NCBI GenBank assembly: GCA_963674945.2
Contig: CAXXWQ010000003.1
Coordinates: 1,952,001-2,016,000 of the forward strand
DNA length: 64,000 nt
DNA from: an uncultured Desulfosarcina sp.
GTDB lineage: Bacteria; Desulfobacterota; Desulfobacteria; Desulfobacterales; Desulfosarcinaceae
Reading direction: 5' to 3'
The position numbers and the translations under genes are program-made. Within the stretch, counting starts at the first letter, position 1; each line of letters opens with the position of its first letter. This document shows, piece after piece, positions 30,723 to 40,170 of the stretch. The notes beneath the pieces are model-generated. The model was given only the letters and a program-made list of their open reading frames with translations, did not search any database and was not told the DNA's origin.

Positions 30723-31733
30723 CTATTGCACGGTGGCCACAACGACCGCACCGGGCCGCTTGAGAACGGGCAGGGGCCTGCTTTCCGCCTTGACCCAACG
30801 TCCGGATGGATCTTTTTCCGGCCACGATTTGGAAAAGAACATCACACCGCGACCGCCTTCGCCGATATTCCCGACGCCTCCGGGCGCATCGTCGTCAACG
30901 ACCGGAGCATACGGCACGTCGACCAGTTCGTCGCACAGACCGACGAGAATGAACTCGTTGCTGGCAATATATCGCTGGCGGGTACCGCTGGCATCGATGT
31001 AGGATCCGTTGTATTCGACCAGTTCAACCTCGACCAGCTTGGTGATCCGGCCGCTTTCCGCGATCTGGGATCCCTTGTCGGTTTTGAGCAGTTCGCGAAC
31101 GGAATTGTTGACAAGCAGGGAATCGCCGACGCCGGAGCCATGGAATGCCACCCACCCGGTGATTGCGGCGCCGCTGTCATCCTCGATCAACTGCTTCCAG
31201 GTCCGGATGTTGGCAATGGGGTTGGAATCGTCCAGATCACTCCACCGGTCCGTCGTCGTCAGCACCGTTTTATGCGTGTCGTCGACGTTGTAGTTGACCA
31301 GCACAGTTGACAGGTCGCTGTCGTAAACAATGCCTTTCAGTGCATTGACCGCCCAGAATTCCAGGGTTCGATCATGCTTGCCGCGCATGTCCTTTTGCTC
31401 GCGGGCGATCCTGTCCTTCATCATTTCGACACCCGCTTTGCCGAACGCCCGCACCGCATTGAGTTCGGCCGTGGCGATGAAACGCTTGTTGGCGATTCGC
31501 GGGGCGGTCAGAGTGATGGTCTTGCGGGTTGTCTTGTCATCCACCGTGGCAGGGGCGAAAATCGATATGTTGGACAGCAATTTCTCGCTTCCGGAAATAA
31601 CGTCGAACGCCAGCCGGTCGGACGGCTGCATGTTCTCCTGCCCGGCAAAAAGCCTGTTGTAGACAAGGCGGGAAGGGGCCTGGATTGCGTTGACCGCTGC
31701 GGTCAGTGTGCGGACCTTAAACAGGTTGTCCAT
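30723..31733 (-). CDS. Major capsid protein (lambda gpE-like family)
   Basis: 336 aa after the decoration gene; 'LTAAVN', 'RTLEFWAVNALKG', 'AESRPLPV..RP'. Confidence 0.85.
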   Translation of the reverse strand: MDNLFKVRTLTAAVNAIQAPSRLVYNRLFAGQENMQPSDRLAFDVISGSEKLLSNISIFAPATVDDKTTRKTITLTAPRIANKRFIATAELNAVRAFGKAGVEMMKDRIAREQKDMRGKHDRTLEFWAVNALKGIVYDSDLSTVLVNYNVDDTHKTVLTTTDRWSDLDDSNPIANIRTWKQLIEDDSGAAITGWVAFHGSGVGDSLLVNNSVRELLKTDKGSQIAESGRITKLVEVELVEYNGSYIDASGTRQRYIASNEFILVGLCDELVDVPYAPVVDDDAPGGVGNIGEGGRGVMFFSKSWPEKDPSGRWVKAESRPLPVLKRPGAVVVATVQ

Positions 31734-31750
31734 GAGATTTCCTCCGTTGT

Positions 31751-32415
31751 GATTTCAAATTTTAAATCTGAGATTTCAAATTGGTTACGACCATTCCGTG
31801 TCCACGGATATGCCCCGGTCCTGCATGGCCATGTATGCGGCCTGTTTCTGGGCGGCGGTGATGCCGGTCGGCCAGCCCAGATCGGCGCTTCGGAATTTTC
31901 CGAGAACATACGCCTGGGCCTCCGCATCCTCGCTGGATGCATCCGCGTCCTCGGCGAGGATCGCGCGGGGCGTAGCCAGGCCGTTGACCGCCGAAGGAGC
32001 AAGCTCCTTGCATTTATACCGCTCGTCAACGGTGGTGGTGATCTCGGCGCTCGCACTGGACGTTCCGCCGGTGATGGTCTCTTCGGCGGCGAAGGTGCCG
32101 GTCACGGTCTTGACTTCGATGCTGCCGGAATTGACCTGGACGACAACGCCGGTTGCGCCGGACGTCCCGCCGGTCACGGTTTCGGCTGCCTGAAAGGGAC
32201 CGTCGGAGACCGTTCCGTGATTGATTTTAAGCTCCGACTCACTGATCATGCCCAGCACGGCGCCGCGCGCCAATGCCGCCTGGCCCGCAGCGAGCGTAAC
32301 CGGTTTCAACTCATGCACATCGCCGGCAACAAGTTGGCTGACAACCTCGGTGTCCAAGTTTTCCGTCATGACTTCCTCCTTACGATTTCAAATTTCAAAT
32401 TTGATATTTCAAATT
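31751..32415. repeat. 32-bp AT-rich direct repeats flanking the head decoration gene
   Basis: 31751-31782 and 32384-32415 are identical at 29/32 positions. Confidence 0.85.
31785..32369 (-). CDS. Head decoration protein (gpD-like) with an internal repeat insertion
   Basis: 'LARGAVLG' and 'PRAILAEDADAS' flank two 'GxFxxxETxTGGTS' repeats. Confidence 0.75.
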   Translation of the reverse strand: MTENLDTEVVSQLVAGDVHELKPVTLAAGQAALARGAVLGMISESELKINHGTVSDGPFQAAETVTGGTSGATGVVVQVNSGSIEVKTVTGTFAAEETITGGTSSASAEITTTVDERYKCKELAPSAVNGLATPRAILAEDADASSEDAEAQAYVLGKFRSADLGWPTGITAAQKQAAYMAMQDRGISVDTEWS

Positions 32416-32422
32416 CCTTCAG

Positions 32423-33544
32423 CTATCGGTTGGCCCGCTCGCCGATGTCTTTTCCCAGGGCGAATTCCGCATCGGCATCCTTTTGCTTGGCGGACGCACC
32501 GGATTTCGTGGCGATCTCCGAGAAGAGGGGATTCTCTCCATCCTCTTTGAACAGTCCCTTGAACCAGTCCAGAGGGCTTTGTTTTTCCTCACCCTCGGCA
32601 AATTCGATGGCATCGTCGGCAAGACCCTGCATGAAGGCCACCAGGCCGCTGTCGCGCAGCGCCGGCGAGATGGCGCCGTCGGTTACCTTCCCGTCCACCC
32701 ACGAGACGATCTCGGCATCCCTCTGCTTCTTGCCGGCCTTTCGCTGCTTCTCGGCGAACTCGGCTTCGGCATCGGCCTTGGCCTTGGCGGCGGCCTCTTC
32801 CTTGGCCTTCTTGATGTCCGTCTCGGAAAACTGTCCGCCGGGTGCGGATGGCATCACATCGATGGACGCATCCGGGTCCTTTTCAAACTTCTTCCAGATC
32901 TTGAACGCTTCGAAAAACTCGGAAAACTTCATGGATTCATCCTCCTGTGGTTTGGGTTCGGCGGCCCTTCGCTCCTCGTCGCTGATCTCCCGGATATCCC
33001 ATTCCGGTATGATCGCGTCCGCGCGCTCGGCCCCCTCCGTTTCGATAAAATACTCCCGCATCCGGCGGAACACCTCGGCAATGGCGCCCCACGTCCAGGG
33101 GCGCGGTTCCGAGAATTCGAACTCGGCATCCGCTTCGCCGGAAGCAAAGGTCATGTTTTTCAAACCCTTTACCGCCGGCGGCATGGCGCCCAAAAAACCA
33201 ACGTGGCGCAGCCTTCCGTCGTTGTAGAAGGCGGCGCTTCGCTTTGGGAAACGGCCTTTTTTGACCATGTCCGCAAAGGTCGGCTCGACGTCCTTGAACC
33301 TGGCCAAAAGAACCTTTCGACCTCCGGATGTGTCGACCTTCAACGCATTGACAAGACCATACGCCGGATCATTCTCCTCCGGGTGTCCTACCACCGCCGG
33401 CGGCTCGTGGAATGCGGGATCAAATGTGGATACGGCTTTATCGATCAGGTCATCACCATCGAAAATCTTGCCGCTGCTGGATTTTTGCGTTCCTCCCGCA
33501 AAAATCTCCACCCAATCGTCGAATCCTTTGCGTTTATTTGCCAT
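32423..33544 (-). CDS. Prohead protease/scaffold (Mu gpI-like)
   Basis: 'WVEIFAGG', 'PAVVGHP', 'FPKRSA', 'LRHVGFLGAMPPAVKGL'. Confidence 0.9.
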   Translation of the reverse strand: MANKRKGFDDWVEIFAGGTQKSSSGKIFDGDDLIDKAVSTFDPAFHEPPAVVGHPEENDPAYGLVNALKVDTSGGRKVLLARFKDVEPTFADMVKKGRFPKRSAAFYNDGRLRHVGFLGAMPPAVKGLKNMTFASGEADAEFEFSEPRPWTWGAIAEVFRRMREYFIETEGAERADAIIPEWDIREISDEERRAAEPKPQEDESMKFSEFFEAFKIWKKFEKDPDASIDVMPSAPGGQFSETDIKKAKEEAAAKAKADAEAEFAEKQRKAGKKQRDAEIVSWVDGKVTDGAISPALRDSGLVAFMQGLADDAIEFAEGEEKQSPLDWFKGLFKEDGENPLFSEIATKSGASAKQKDADAEFALGKDIGERANR

Positions 33545-33568
33545 TTACGAATCCTTTGCGTTTATTGG

Positions 33569-33670
33569 TTTGGGCCAAACAAAAAGGGGCACGTGTGAGA
33601 GTGTGGCCCCACACGGCCCCTTTTTGCTTCGCTATTGCGTCCGGGGGTGATCAGCCCCCATCGGCCCAAA
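33569..33670 (-). promoter_or_regulatory. Three-way-junction structured leader upstream of the protease/capsid operon
   Basis: TTTGGGCC/GGCCCAAA closing stem; GGGGG-ctgatca-CCCCC hairpin; CAAAAAGGGGC...GCCCCTTTTTG long hairpin. Confidence 0.65.
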
Positions 33671-33689
33671 TTTTAAATACGATTAAAGG

Positions 33690-33878
33690 TTACGCACATC
33701 CTATCGTTAACGAAGGTGCCGAAACGTTGCCATCGCCATCGATACAGGTCCTGTTCGCAGGACAATTGGCAAGATCGGCAACCCGCAATACAGGCGACGG
33801 CGTTGGCTTTTTCTCGGCATGCGTTGCCGGCACGGCGAGGAAAAAGATGCAAAGAAATATCGTGATCGCTTTTCTCAT
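33690..33878 (-). CDS. Small hypothetical secreted protein
   Basis: 62 aa; signal peptide ending ATHA. Confidence 0.5.
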   Translation of the reverse strand: MRKAITIFLCIFFLAVPATHAEKKPTPSPVLRVADLANCPANRTCIDGDGNVSAPSLTIGCA

Positions 33879-33887
33879 TATTGCCCC

Positions 33888-34394
33888 CTACTTGCTGAAG
33901 ACAAGGATGACCGTATAATTCGCCGATGCCGTTGCCTGTCCGACGACTCGTAAGGACAATGATCCGGATACCGGTTCATAAATGGGCATGGCCGGACCGA
34001 TTGCCCTTGCCTCGGTTGGGTGAATCAAGTTTGCTCCGGCGCCGAGCAAGACATCCCTCGGCGTCGATGGCGCGATATCGACCGTCTCCGATATTGCGAG
34101 ACTGGATTCCAGGACCTGTACGTCGGCCGTTTCCGGATCGGTTCCGCCCGCCGTCGTCAGCGTTTTGACATCGACGAGGTAATAATTGTTCTTCCTGAGT
34201 ACCTCCAACCAGGTGGAGGGGATTGCCGTGTCAGGCACGCTGCCGTCCGATGCGTCGCCGGTGCAGGCGAAAACGATATGGATATTGTCGCGGCCGACCT
34301 TGACGCCGTTGACATCGACGCTGCCCGCAGCGAACGCCTGGCCGGCAATGAGCAAACAGATCAACATGGTGGCGAAACAAACGAGTTTTTTCAT
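33888..34394 (-). CDS. Hypothetical secreted beta-rich protein
   Basis: 'MKKLVCFATMLICLLIAGQAFA' signal peptide. Confidence 0.7.
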   Translation of the reverse strand: MKKLVCFATMLICLLIAGQAFAAGSVDVNGVKVGRDNIHIVFACTGDASDGSVPDTAIPSTWLEVLRKNNYYLVDVKTLTTAGGTDPETADVQVLESSLAISETVDIAPSTPRDVLLGAGANLIHPTEARAIGPAMPIYEPVSGSLSLRVVGQATASANYTVILVFSK

Positions 34395-34655
34395 ACTTGC
34401 ACCTTTTTGCATCGTGTTATAGATTGGCTTTGCAGGCATCGGCCGGGCCGCGCACCATAGGCCGTTTGCCGGGCGCTACGGACCGCGCGGGGTCCGGGAG
34501 CTTCCAACCTCAGACGAATCACATCACATCCGCTTGTCGCAACCGCATTAAAACCGTCTTTAAATCCCTCGATATCGCCCGATCGGCCTCTCTCGCGGGT
34601 ACTGACACGCGATAAACCGAGATCGTCCAGTTTTGGGGCTCTCCGTGCGTCGTTG

Positions 34656-35888
34656 CTACCGGCCATAAATCAAGTGTCCTTTTCGCAAATTTGCCGCCCC
34701 GGTCAGAGAGCCCCGGAAAAAATCCTTGCTCACCAGTTGGCCGTTCATGGTTTCCGCCCACAATCCGAGAACCTTGTTCTTTCCGATCCGAACGGCCTTG
34801 ACGTATTTCCTTCGGATGCCGACGCGACCGGAGACGGCGCTCTTGGCAAACGATACCCAGATCTCGTATGGCTCCTCGATCAGCTCGCGGATCAGCGGAA
34901 AGTATGCGTCCCTTCCGTCCCACCTGGTGTCCGGCTTTTCGACGATGTGATCGACGATGGCCTGGGTGACCATCACGTTTCCGCCGGCCGGGTCGGTCAT
35001 CATGACCTCATCGCCGCCGATGGCCTTGCGCAATGCCGAACGAAGCCCTTCCTCATTTCCTTTTTTCACTGGCTTTCCGAGGCTCGCCTTTGCCACGTCG
35101 ACGGACTCTCCGATCGGTGCGCGCCCATAGTTCTCCGGATGCTTCGGATTCATGTCGATCCACGGTCCTTTATCTTCCGCCAGACGCTTGGCCTGGTCCC
35201 GGCCCCATGCCGCTTCACCCACGTTGTAATCAAAGCCCGGATCGATGCCGTTGGGGATCGTATGCGTCTTGCCCTGCTTGTCGGTCCACTGATAGGTTCC
35301 ATCGTCCGGGGCAGTGTCCGGAGTGCTTTTTCCCATCTTCTCCATATAGCGTCTGCCAACGGCGAACTTCTTGCACTTGCATCCCCAGCCGTTCATTGGT
35401 GTGTGGGTCTGCCACCACGGATCGTCCGACGGCAGCACGAGGCCATCCCAGGATAGATGCGTTTCGCGCGGGTGAATGCTGTCTCCATGCCGGTAAAGGC
35501 TGTACGGATTGAGTTTTTTCAGGGCCGGATCGTTGATCTGTTTTTCCCGCCCGGCGTTGTATGCCTGGCGAAGGTTGGTGTCGTAGATCACCCGTGTGCG
35601 CCACCCACGGCCGCCCTTGTATGACCATCCGTGTTTTTGCACCAGCGCATCGAAGTCTTTGCGGAAATCTGCGATTGTCGTTCCCTTGGAGATGGCCTTG
35701 TCTACGGATGTGCGAAGATCGCAGAGAAGTTCATCCTTCATGGCGCCGGCGATCATGAACCCGCGCGCGTGCATGCCCTGCCATAAGTCGTTCCAGTGTC
35801 GCGTCGGGATATTGACCTTGCCGCGAAAAAACGCGATCGCCTCGTCAAAGGGAAGGCTGGCATATTGCATTTGGGAAGTTACGGTCAC
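34656..35888 (-). CDS. MuF (gp30) minor head protein with a C-terminal PBECR2-like nuclease extension
   Basis: 'IYDTNLRQAYNAGR', 'DDPWWQTHTPMNGWGCKC', 'GIDPGFDYNVG', then ~170 extra aa containing 'LIEEPYEIW...RRKYVK'. Confidence 0.85.
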   Translation of the reverse strand: MTVTSQMQYASLPFDEAIAFFRGKVNIPTRHWNDLWQGMHARGFMIAGAMKDELLCDLRTSVDKAISKGTTIADFRKDFDALVQKHGWSYKGGRGWRTRVIYDTNLRQAYNAGREKQINDPALKKLNPYSLYRHGDSIHPRETHLSWDGLVLPSDDPWWQTHTPMNGWGCKCKKFAVGRRYMEKMGKSTPDTAPDDGTYQWTDKQGKTHTIPNGIDPGFDYNVGEAAWGRDQAKRLAEDKGPWIDMNPKHPENYGRAPIGESVDVAKASLGKPVKKGNEEGLRSALRKAIGGDEVMMTDPAGGNVMVTQAIVDHIVEKPDTRWDGRDAYFPLIRELIEEPYEIWVSFAKSAVSGRVGIRRKYVKAVRIGKNKVLGLWAETMNGQLVSKDFFRGSLTGAANLRKGHLIYGR

Positions 35889-37384
35889 AGATCAATCCCC
35901 TGGGTGATTTCGTGGCGGCCGGCCAGATCGGCGGCGGTCAGGGCCTTTTCCATGATGTTGCCGATGGCGTCCGGCTGCATGTCAGGATACAATTCGATTA
36001 GCCCGTCACGGAACGCCTCCATGGTATCTACGGAATCAAGCAAGTCCCGCACTGGAGAGAGAAGAGAATCCATCGCCGCAGCGCTTTCTTTATCGGCACG
36101 CGCGGCATACCGGTCGGCCGCATCGTCATCCGTCTCGGCGAACGCTCCGCCATTTTCCGGCGTTGCCGTATCGTCGACCGGATCCGGCGCCGCTGTTACG
36201 GTAAAATCGTCCGGCTCGAGGTTATAGGTCCGCTGGTAGTAAACCGGTGTGAAGCGAACGCCCTGGGCTTTCAACTGGGTGTCGCGCTCGGCGCGATCGC
36301 TCTGGACATCGTCTTCTTCGTACCAGGCGAACTCCGGCGGTATGGCGTTGGGAACGTTGAGTACGGAGATCCATCCGAACAACTGGGTGAATGCGCTTTT
36401 CACCATCCGCTTGTCCTTGTCCACGATATCCGCACGCACCTCCAGGTGTCCCTGGGTGGCGGCGTAGGATCCGCCCTTGTCCAGCTCCGTGGACAGGGTC
36501 TGGCCCAACACGGCCTTGGACACCTCCCGGTTGCATGCGGAGATAAGGTTCTCGTAAATATCTGCGGAAGCGGACTTCGAACTGAATTCCAATGCGGTGA
36601 TCGATTCATCATCGTTGATCACGGCCACGGCGTCCTGGACCATCTGGGAAAGAGAGGAGAGCAATCGCCCCCGGTCCCCGTCGTTGGTCGACCGTGGAAC
36701 CTTCCCGATCATCCATGGCATCCCGAATTTCTCGGTGAAGACAGCCCAGAACTGGAATCCACCCTTCTTGAAGGCAACCGGCCAGAAACAGCGTGACAGC
36801 ACCTTTTCCCCATACGGGTTTAGGTATGTGGCATGATGGCGGGGAAGAATAAACTTGCCCGCCGGCAGGATTTCGCCATCGGTTTGGTTCTCCATGGACA
36901 AAAACCGGAGGTCGTTCTCCTCTCCGAACACGAACCACTCGGGCGGTTTGCCCTCCACCTTTTTCGGCAGCCAGTACTTTCCATCGGCGCCCCACGTCAC
37001 CTCGATGGGGCTCATGCCGAAAAACGGCGCGTCGAGCATTTCAACGATGACCTGGTAGGCATCGATGCCGTCCATGAACGCTTCGCAAAGTTCGGCCGCT
37101 GCCTTGTCCGCCTTCGAATCGCCTCCGGGCCGCACTTCCCATTCGCATGACAGCACGCCGGACTTCCGGCTGTCATAGCAGCTCCACACATGGGCATCGG
37201 CCAGCAGCTCGCGATATACCGATACGTCCTGTCCCAGCTTTTCCAGCACCGGGTCCGGATCGGGAAGGTAGCCGAACATGCCCCACCAGTCCATCGACCG
37301 GCTGCGGATGGCGATCTCGGACGACATAACGTCGCGGCCCTTATCGATCTCGATGTATTCGGTTGGAGATGTCCAGAGTTTCAA
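35885..37384 (-). CDS. Portal protein (Mu gp29, DUF935)
   Basis: 'NPYGE..LSRCFWP..FKKGG..FW..FTEKFGMP', 'SKAVLGQTLST', 'GSYAA...HLEVR'. Confidence 0.95.
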   Translation of the reverse strand: MKLWTSPTEYIEIDKGRDVMSSEIAIRSRSMDWWGMFGYLPDPDPVLEKLGQDVSVYRELLADAHVWSCYDSRKSGVLSCEWEVRPGGDSKADKAAAELCEAFMDGIDAYQVIVEMLDAPFFGMSPIEVTWGADGKYWLPKKVEGKPPEWFVFGEENDLRFLSMENQTDGEILPAGKFILPRHHATYLNPYGEKVLSRCFWPVAFKKGGFQFWAVFTEKFGMPWMIGKVPRSTNDGDRGRLLSSLSQMVQDAVAVINDDESITALEFSSKSASADIYENLISACNREVSKAVLGQTLSTELDKGGSYAATQGHLEVRADIVDKDKRMVKSAFTQLFGWISVLNVPNAIPPEFAWYEEDDVQSDRAERDTQLKAQGVRFTPVYYQRTYNLEPDDFTVTAAPDPVDDTATPENGGAFAETDDDAADRYAARADKESAAAMDSLLSPVRDLLDSVDTMEAFRDGLIELYPDMQPDAIGNIMEKALTAADLAGRHEITQGIDL

Positions 37385-37393
37385 AGAATGCTC

Positions 37394-39040
37394 CTAATAT
37401 GCCGTCAACGGGGGACGGCTGTCGATATAGGGCCGGGCTCTTCCCGTCATCACGCGTCTGGCGCCGGTGATCACCTGCGGCATCGATGCGACCTGGTTGA
37501 GTGCTGCATACTCTCCAAGGGCAAGAGCGATGGCAAAATCTCCATGCCGGTATAGATCCGGATCCTTCAAGTCCTTGCGTTGCACTTTCGGCACCATGGG
37601 AATGCCGTCGATGGATTCGACGGCGCGCAAATCCGATTCGATGGAAACGTCCCTGGGAAGGTCATAAATGCCGTCCTCGAAACCTTTTGTCATCTTTGGC
37701 ATCCACTCCCCGTACCATTTCCGGGACAGGTCGACCTGGTGAACCATGCTCCATCCGAACTCGTCTGCGGTCAGCTCGGCAAGGCCCAGACCTGGGCCTG
37801 TAGCGTCGATGGCAACACCACGGAAATTTGGCAAGGCCCTTAATAGCGACCAAAGGATTTGAATCTGCTGTCCCAGTGGGACATTCTGCATTTCGATGAC
37901 GAACGGAACCCGGCGCATGAGCTGGGAAGTTATGGCGATCGGGGCGATTACTGAAAAATGCCGATGGCGGGCAAAGTCCATTCCGGCCACGTATCTGACC
38001 TGTTGATCAAGCGGTCCGAATAACGGATCCAGGTTGGCCCTGATCCACACTTTACCCCACTTCGTTCGTTCGGCTGCGGAAAGATGCTCGAAGTCATCGT
38101 CGCACACCAATCGTTGCACTGGCCTTACTTGCGGCATCGCCCGCTCAATCCAAACACCGGGAATGCACATCCCGCCAGAATCGCGCGGAATTGCGTCAAG
38201 CTCCTCGCGCATGGCGGCCTTTCTCGGGCCATATGCGTTGCGGATCCGGTTGTACCAGCGCTTTTTCCCTTCTTCCGTGGCAGCCTGGCCCTTCATTAAA
38301 CAAACCCGCTCATACAGACCATTTGCCACAGCGTCATCGAAAGTCACCTTGTAAACAACCGCCTCGGTCTTGTCGCCGTACATACCGTTGTTGATGTCCC
38401 GGATGAGCTGATTAAATGGATTGTCTATCCCATTGTGGGTGGATATGATGCGGATCTTGCCGCCCCAGATCAAAAGGGCTGTTGCCGCGTCAAGGACGCC
38501 TTGCACATCGGCATGGAAGGCCGCCTCGTCGATGACAACGATACCTTGCAGGCCGCGTATGTTTGACGGTCGTGAGGAAAGGGCCACGATCTGGAATCCG
38601 GATGCGAACCGGATCCGGTAGGCGGCGATGTGCTTGGTGTTTCCCTTTTCGTCCTGGTCCTCGAAGAGAAACGCCTCGATATCGGAAATCCCTTGTCCCT
38701 GGGCCTCCATGATGACGCGGGCGAACTTGGCGCAGTAACCGATGAACTCAAGCCCTTTTTCCTTTGTGTCGCCGATATAATACACATTGTCGCCGCCGGC
38801 TTCCTTTCGGGTACCGGCCGTGATGGTATCGTCCAGGGCCTCGCAAAAGGTGATCCCGGTGCGCCGGCCTTTTTCTCCAGCCTTGACGGGGCATTTTATT
38901 TTGATCCACTCCGCCTGGTGTTTCATCAACACGCCTTCGGAAAGCGGATCAAACCCTTCCGGAATATTGCGCACCTTGGCCGGAAGCTCCTCCCAGTCAA
39001 TCGTGCGCTGCGTGTCTTTCAGCGGTGCCAGGGCTGCCAT
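37394..39040 (-). CDS. Large terminase (Mu gp28-like)
   Basis: 'EKGRRTGIT', 'VVIDEAAFH', 'IISTHNG', 'GMDFAR', 'RHGDFAIA'. Confidence 0.95.
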   Translation of the reverse strand: MAALAPLKDTQRTIDWEELPAKVRNIPEGFDPLSEGVLMKHQAEWIKIKCPVKAGEKGRRTGITFCEALDDTITAGTRKEAGGDNVYYIGDTKEKGLEFIGYCAKFARVIMEAQGQGISDIEAFLFEDQDEKGNTKHIAAYRIRFASGFQIVALSSRPSNIRGLQGIVVIDEAAFHADVQGVLDAATALLIWGGKIRIISTHNGIDNPFNQLIRDINNGMYGDKTEAVVYKVTFDDAVANGLYERVCLMKGQAATEEGKKRWYNRIRNAYGPRKAAMREELDAIPRDSGGMCIPGVWIERAMPQVRPVQRLVCDDDFEHLSAAERTKWGKVWIRANLDPLFGPLDQQVRYVAGMDFARHRHFSVIAPIAITSQLMRRVPFVIEMQNVPLGQQIQILWSLLRALPNFRGVAIDATGPGLGLAELTADEFGWSMVHQVDLSRKWYGEWMPKMTKGFEDGIYDLPRDVSIESDLRAVESIDGIPMVPKVQRKDLKDPDLYRHGDFAIALALGEYAALNQVASMPQVITGARRVMTGRARPYIDSRPPLTAY

Positions 39041-39562
39041 TTAAACCACTCCCAGAACTTTCTCCCGCCAGAACCGGGCCTGATCCTCATCCATGCCTTG
39101 CGCCCTTGCCGCTTCGCCCACGCGATCGGCAGCCTCTTCCAGAACCATCTTGCGAACGTCATTTTTCCATTTTGCCATTTGTATATGTGCGCTCTGAAGC
39201 TTGGCCACATCGGAAATGAGACGGGAATTCTCGGTGATGTCAGCCGTTCCGTCCACGAGTGCCGCCATTACTTTCTGGAGAAGCAACTTGCCGACGGCCT
39301 CTTCCATCGGCATCCCCTCCTCAACTCCGCTTGTTATTGCTTTGGCCTGGTCCTCGAATTGCTTGATGTTCTTGTATGCTTCGAGAAATCGTTTCCCATA
39401 CCGGCCAATGGATGATCTACTGATGTCGTACCCTTTTGATTTAACAAAGGCCGCAACGTCATCATACGTTGTGCCTGGCTCCAGGAGCAGGCGATTGACT
39501 GCTTGACGAATCTCTATGGGAAGATCGGTTTCAACCCGGCTGTTTGTTTTGACCGTAGCCAT
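39041..39562 (-). CDS. Small terminase (Mu gp27, DUF3486)
   Basis: 'LPIEIR..VNRLL', 'GYDISRSSIGRYG'; directly upstream of the large terminase. Confidence 0.88.
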   Translation of the reverse strand: MATVKTNSRVETDLPIEIRQAVNRLLLEPGTTYDDVAAFVKSKGYDISRSSIGRYGKRFLEAYKNIKQFEDQAKAITSGVEEGMPMEEAVGKLLLQKVMAALVDGTADITENSRLISDVAKLQSAHIQMAKWKNDVRKMVLEEAADRVGEAARAQGMDEDQARFWREKVLGVV

Positions 39563-39811
39563 TTATGCCAGCTCCAGCTCTGTGGTTCGAATTTTCTCTA
39601 AGATGCCGGACAGCTCTTTTTTTTGCCGCGCTGCTTCCCGCAAGTTGACAAGGGCGGAGTCAACATCAATTTCGGAAAGAGGACGGATGTTGGCGCCGGC
39701 CAAAAAATTCTGCGTTGCGCGGATATTGGCTGAAATAGAAGTCTCCAGCTCCATTTTTTTCATTTTAAACTCTGAAAGATGACCCATCAAAATGGCTCTC
39801 TCAATGTTCAT
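39563..39811 (-). CDS. Hypothetical phage protein
   Basis: 82-aa ORF packed in the late operon. Confidence 0.7.
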   Translation of the reverse strand: MNIERAILMGHLSEFKMKKMELETSISANIRATQNFLAGANIRPLSEIDVDSALVNLREAARQKKELSGILEKIRTTELELA

Positions 39812-40170
39812 TCGACCGCCCCCTTCTCCCTAACGGCAGGGCAAAACATGTTTTTTTCGATTTTCTCAACCAATTTGGTCTGGGCCTGTGTGTTCAGGGA
39901 AATGACCGACAAGGTTTCGCTGTAAAGGTTCTCAAGGCGGACGTATGTTTTTTCATATGTTTTGACCAACTCGACATTGTTCTCGTACAGATTTTTAATG
40001 GCGGAAACATCTTCCTTGTATTGAGTCAATGTGGCATTGACAGCACGATCTCTGGATTCGTCTTTTCTTTGATCCCTCTTATAATCGAAGAACCAAATGA
40101 TGAAAATCACGCCCGGCAACCCAAGAAGATTTACTACCCATTGCACCAGAGGGGAGCTAATCGTTTCCAA
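39808..40170 (-). CDS. Hypothetical membrane protein (1 TM + coiled coil) in the lysis region
   Basis: 'LGLPGVIFIIWFFD' TM segment. Confidence 0.7.
   Translation of the reverse strand: METISSPLVQWVVNLLGLPGVIFIIWFFDYKRDQRKDESRDRAVNATLTQYKEDVSAIKNLYENNVELVKTYEKTYVRLENLYSETLSVISLNTQAQTKLVEKIEKNMFCPAVREKGAVE

Noticed and set aside
21600..33600. Long plus-strand ORFs such as 31374-33227, 32483-33598 and 22454-23497
   Set aside because: Antisense shadows of GC-rich structural genes with no recognisable motifs
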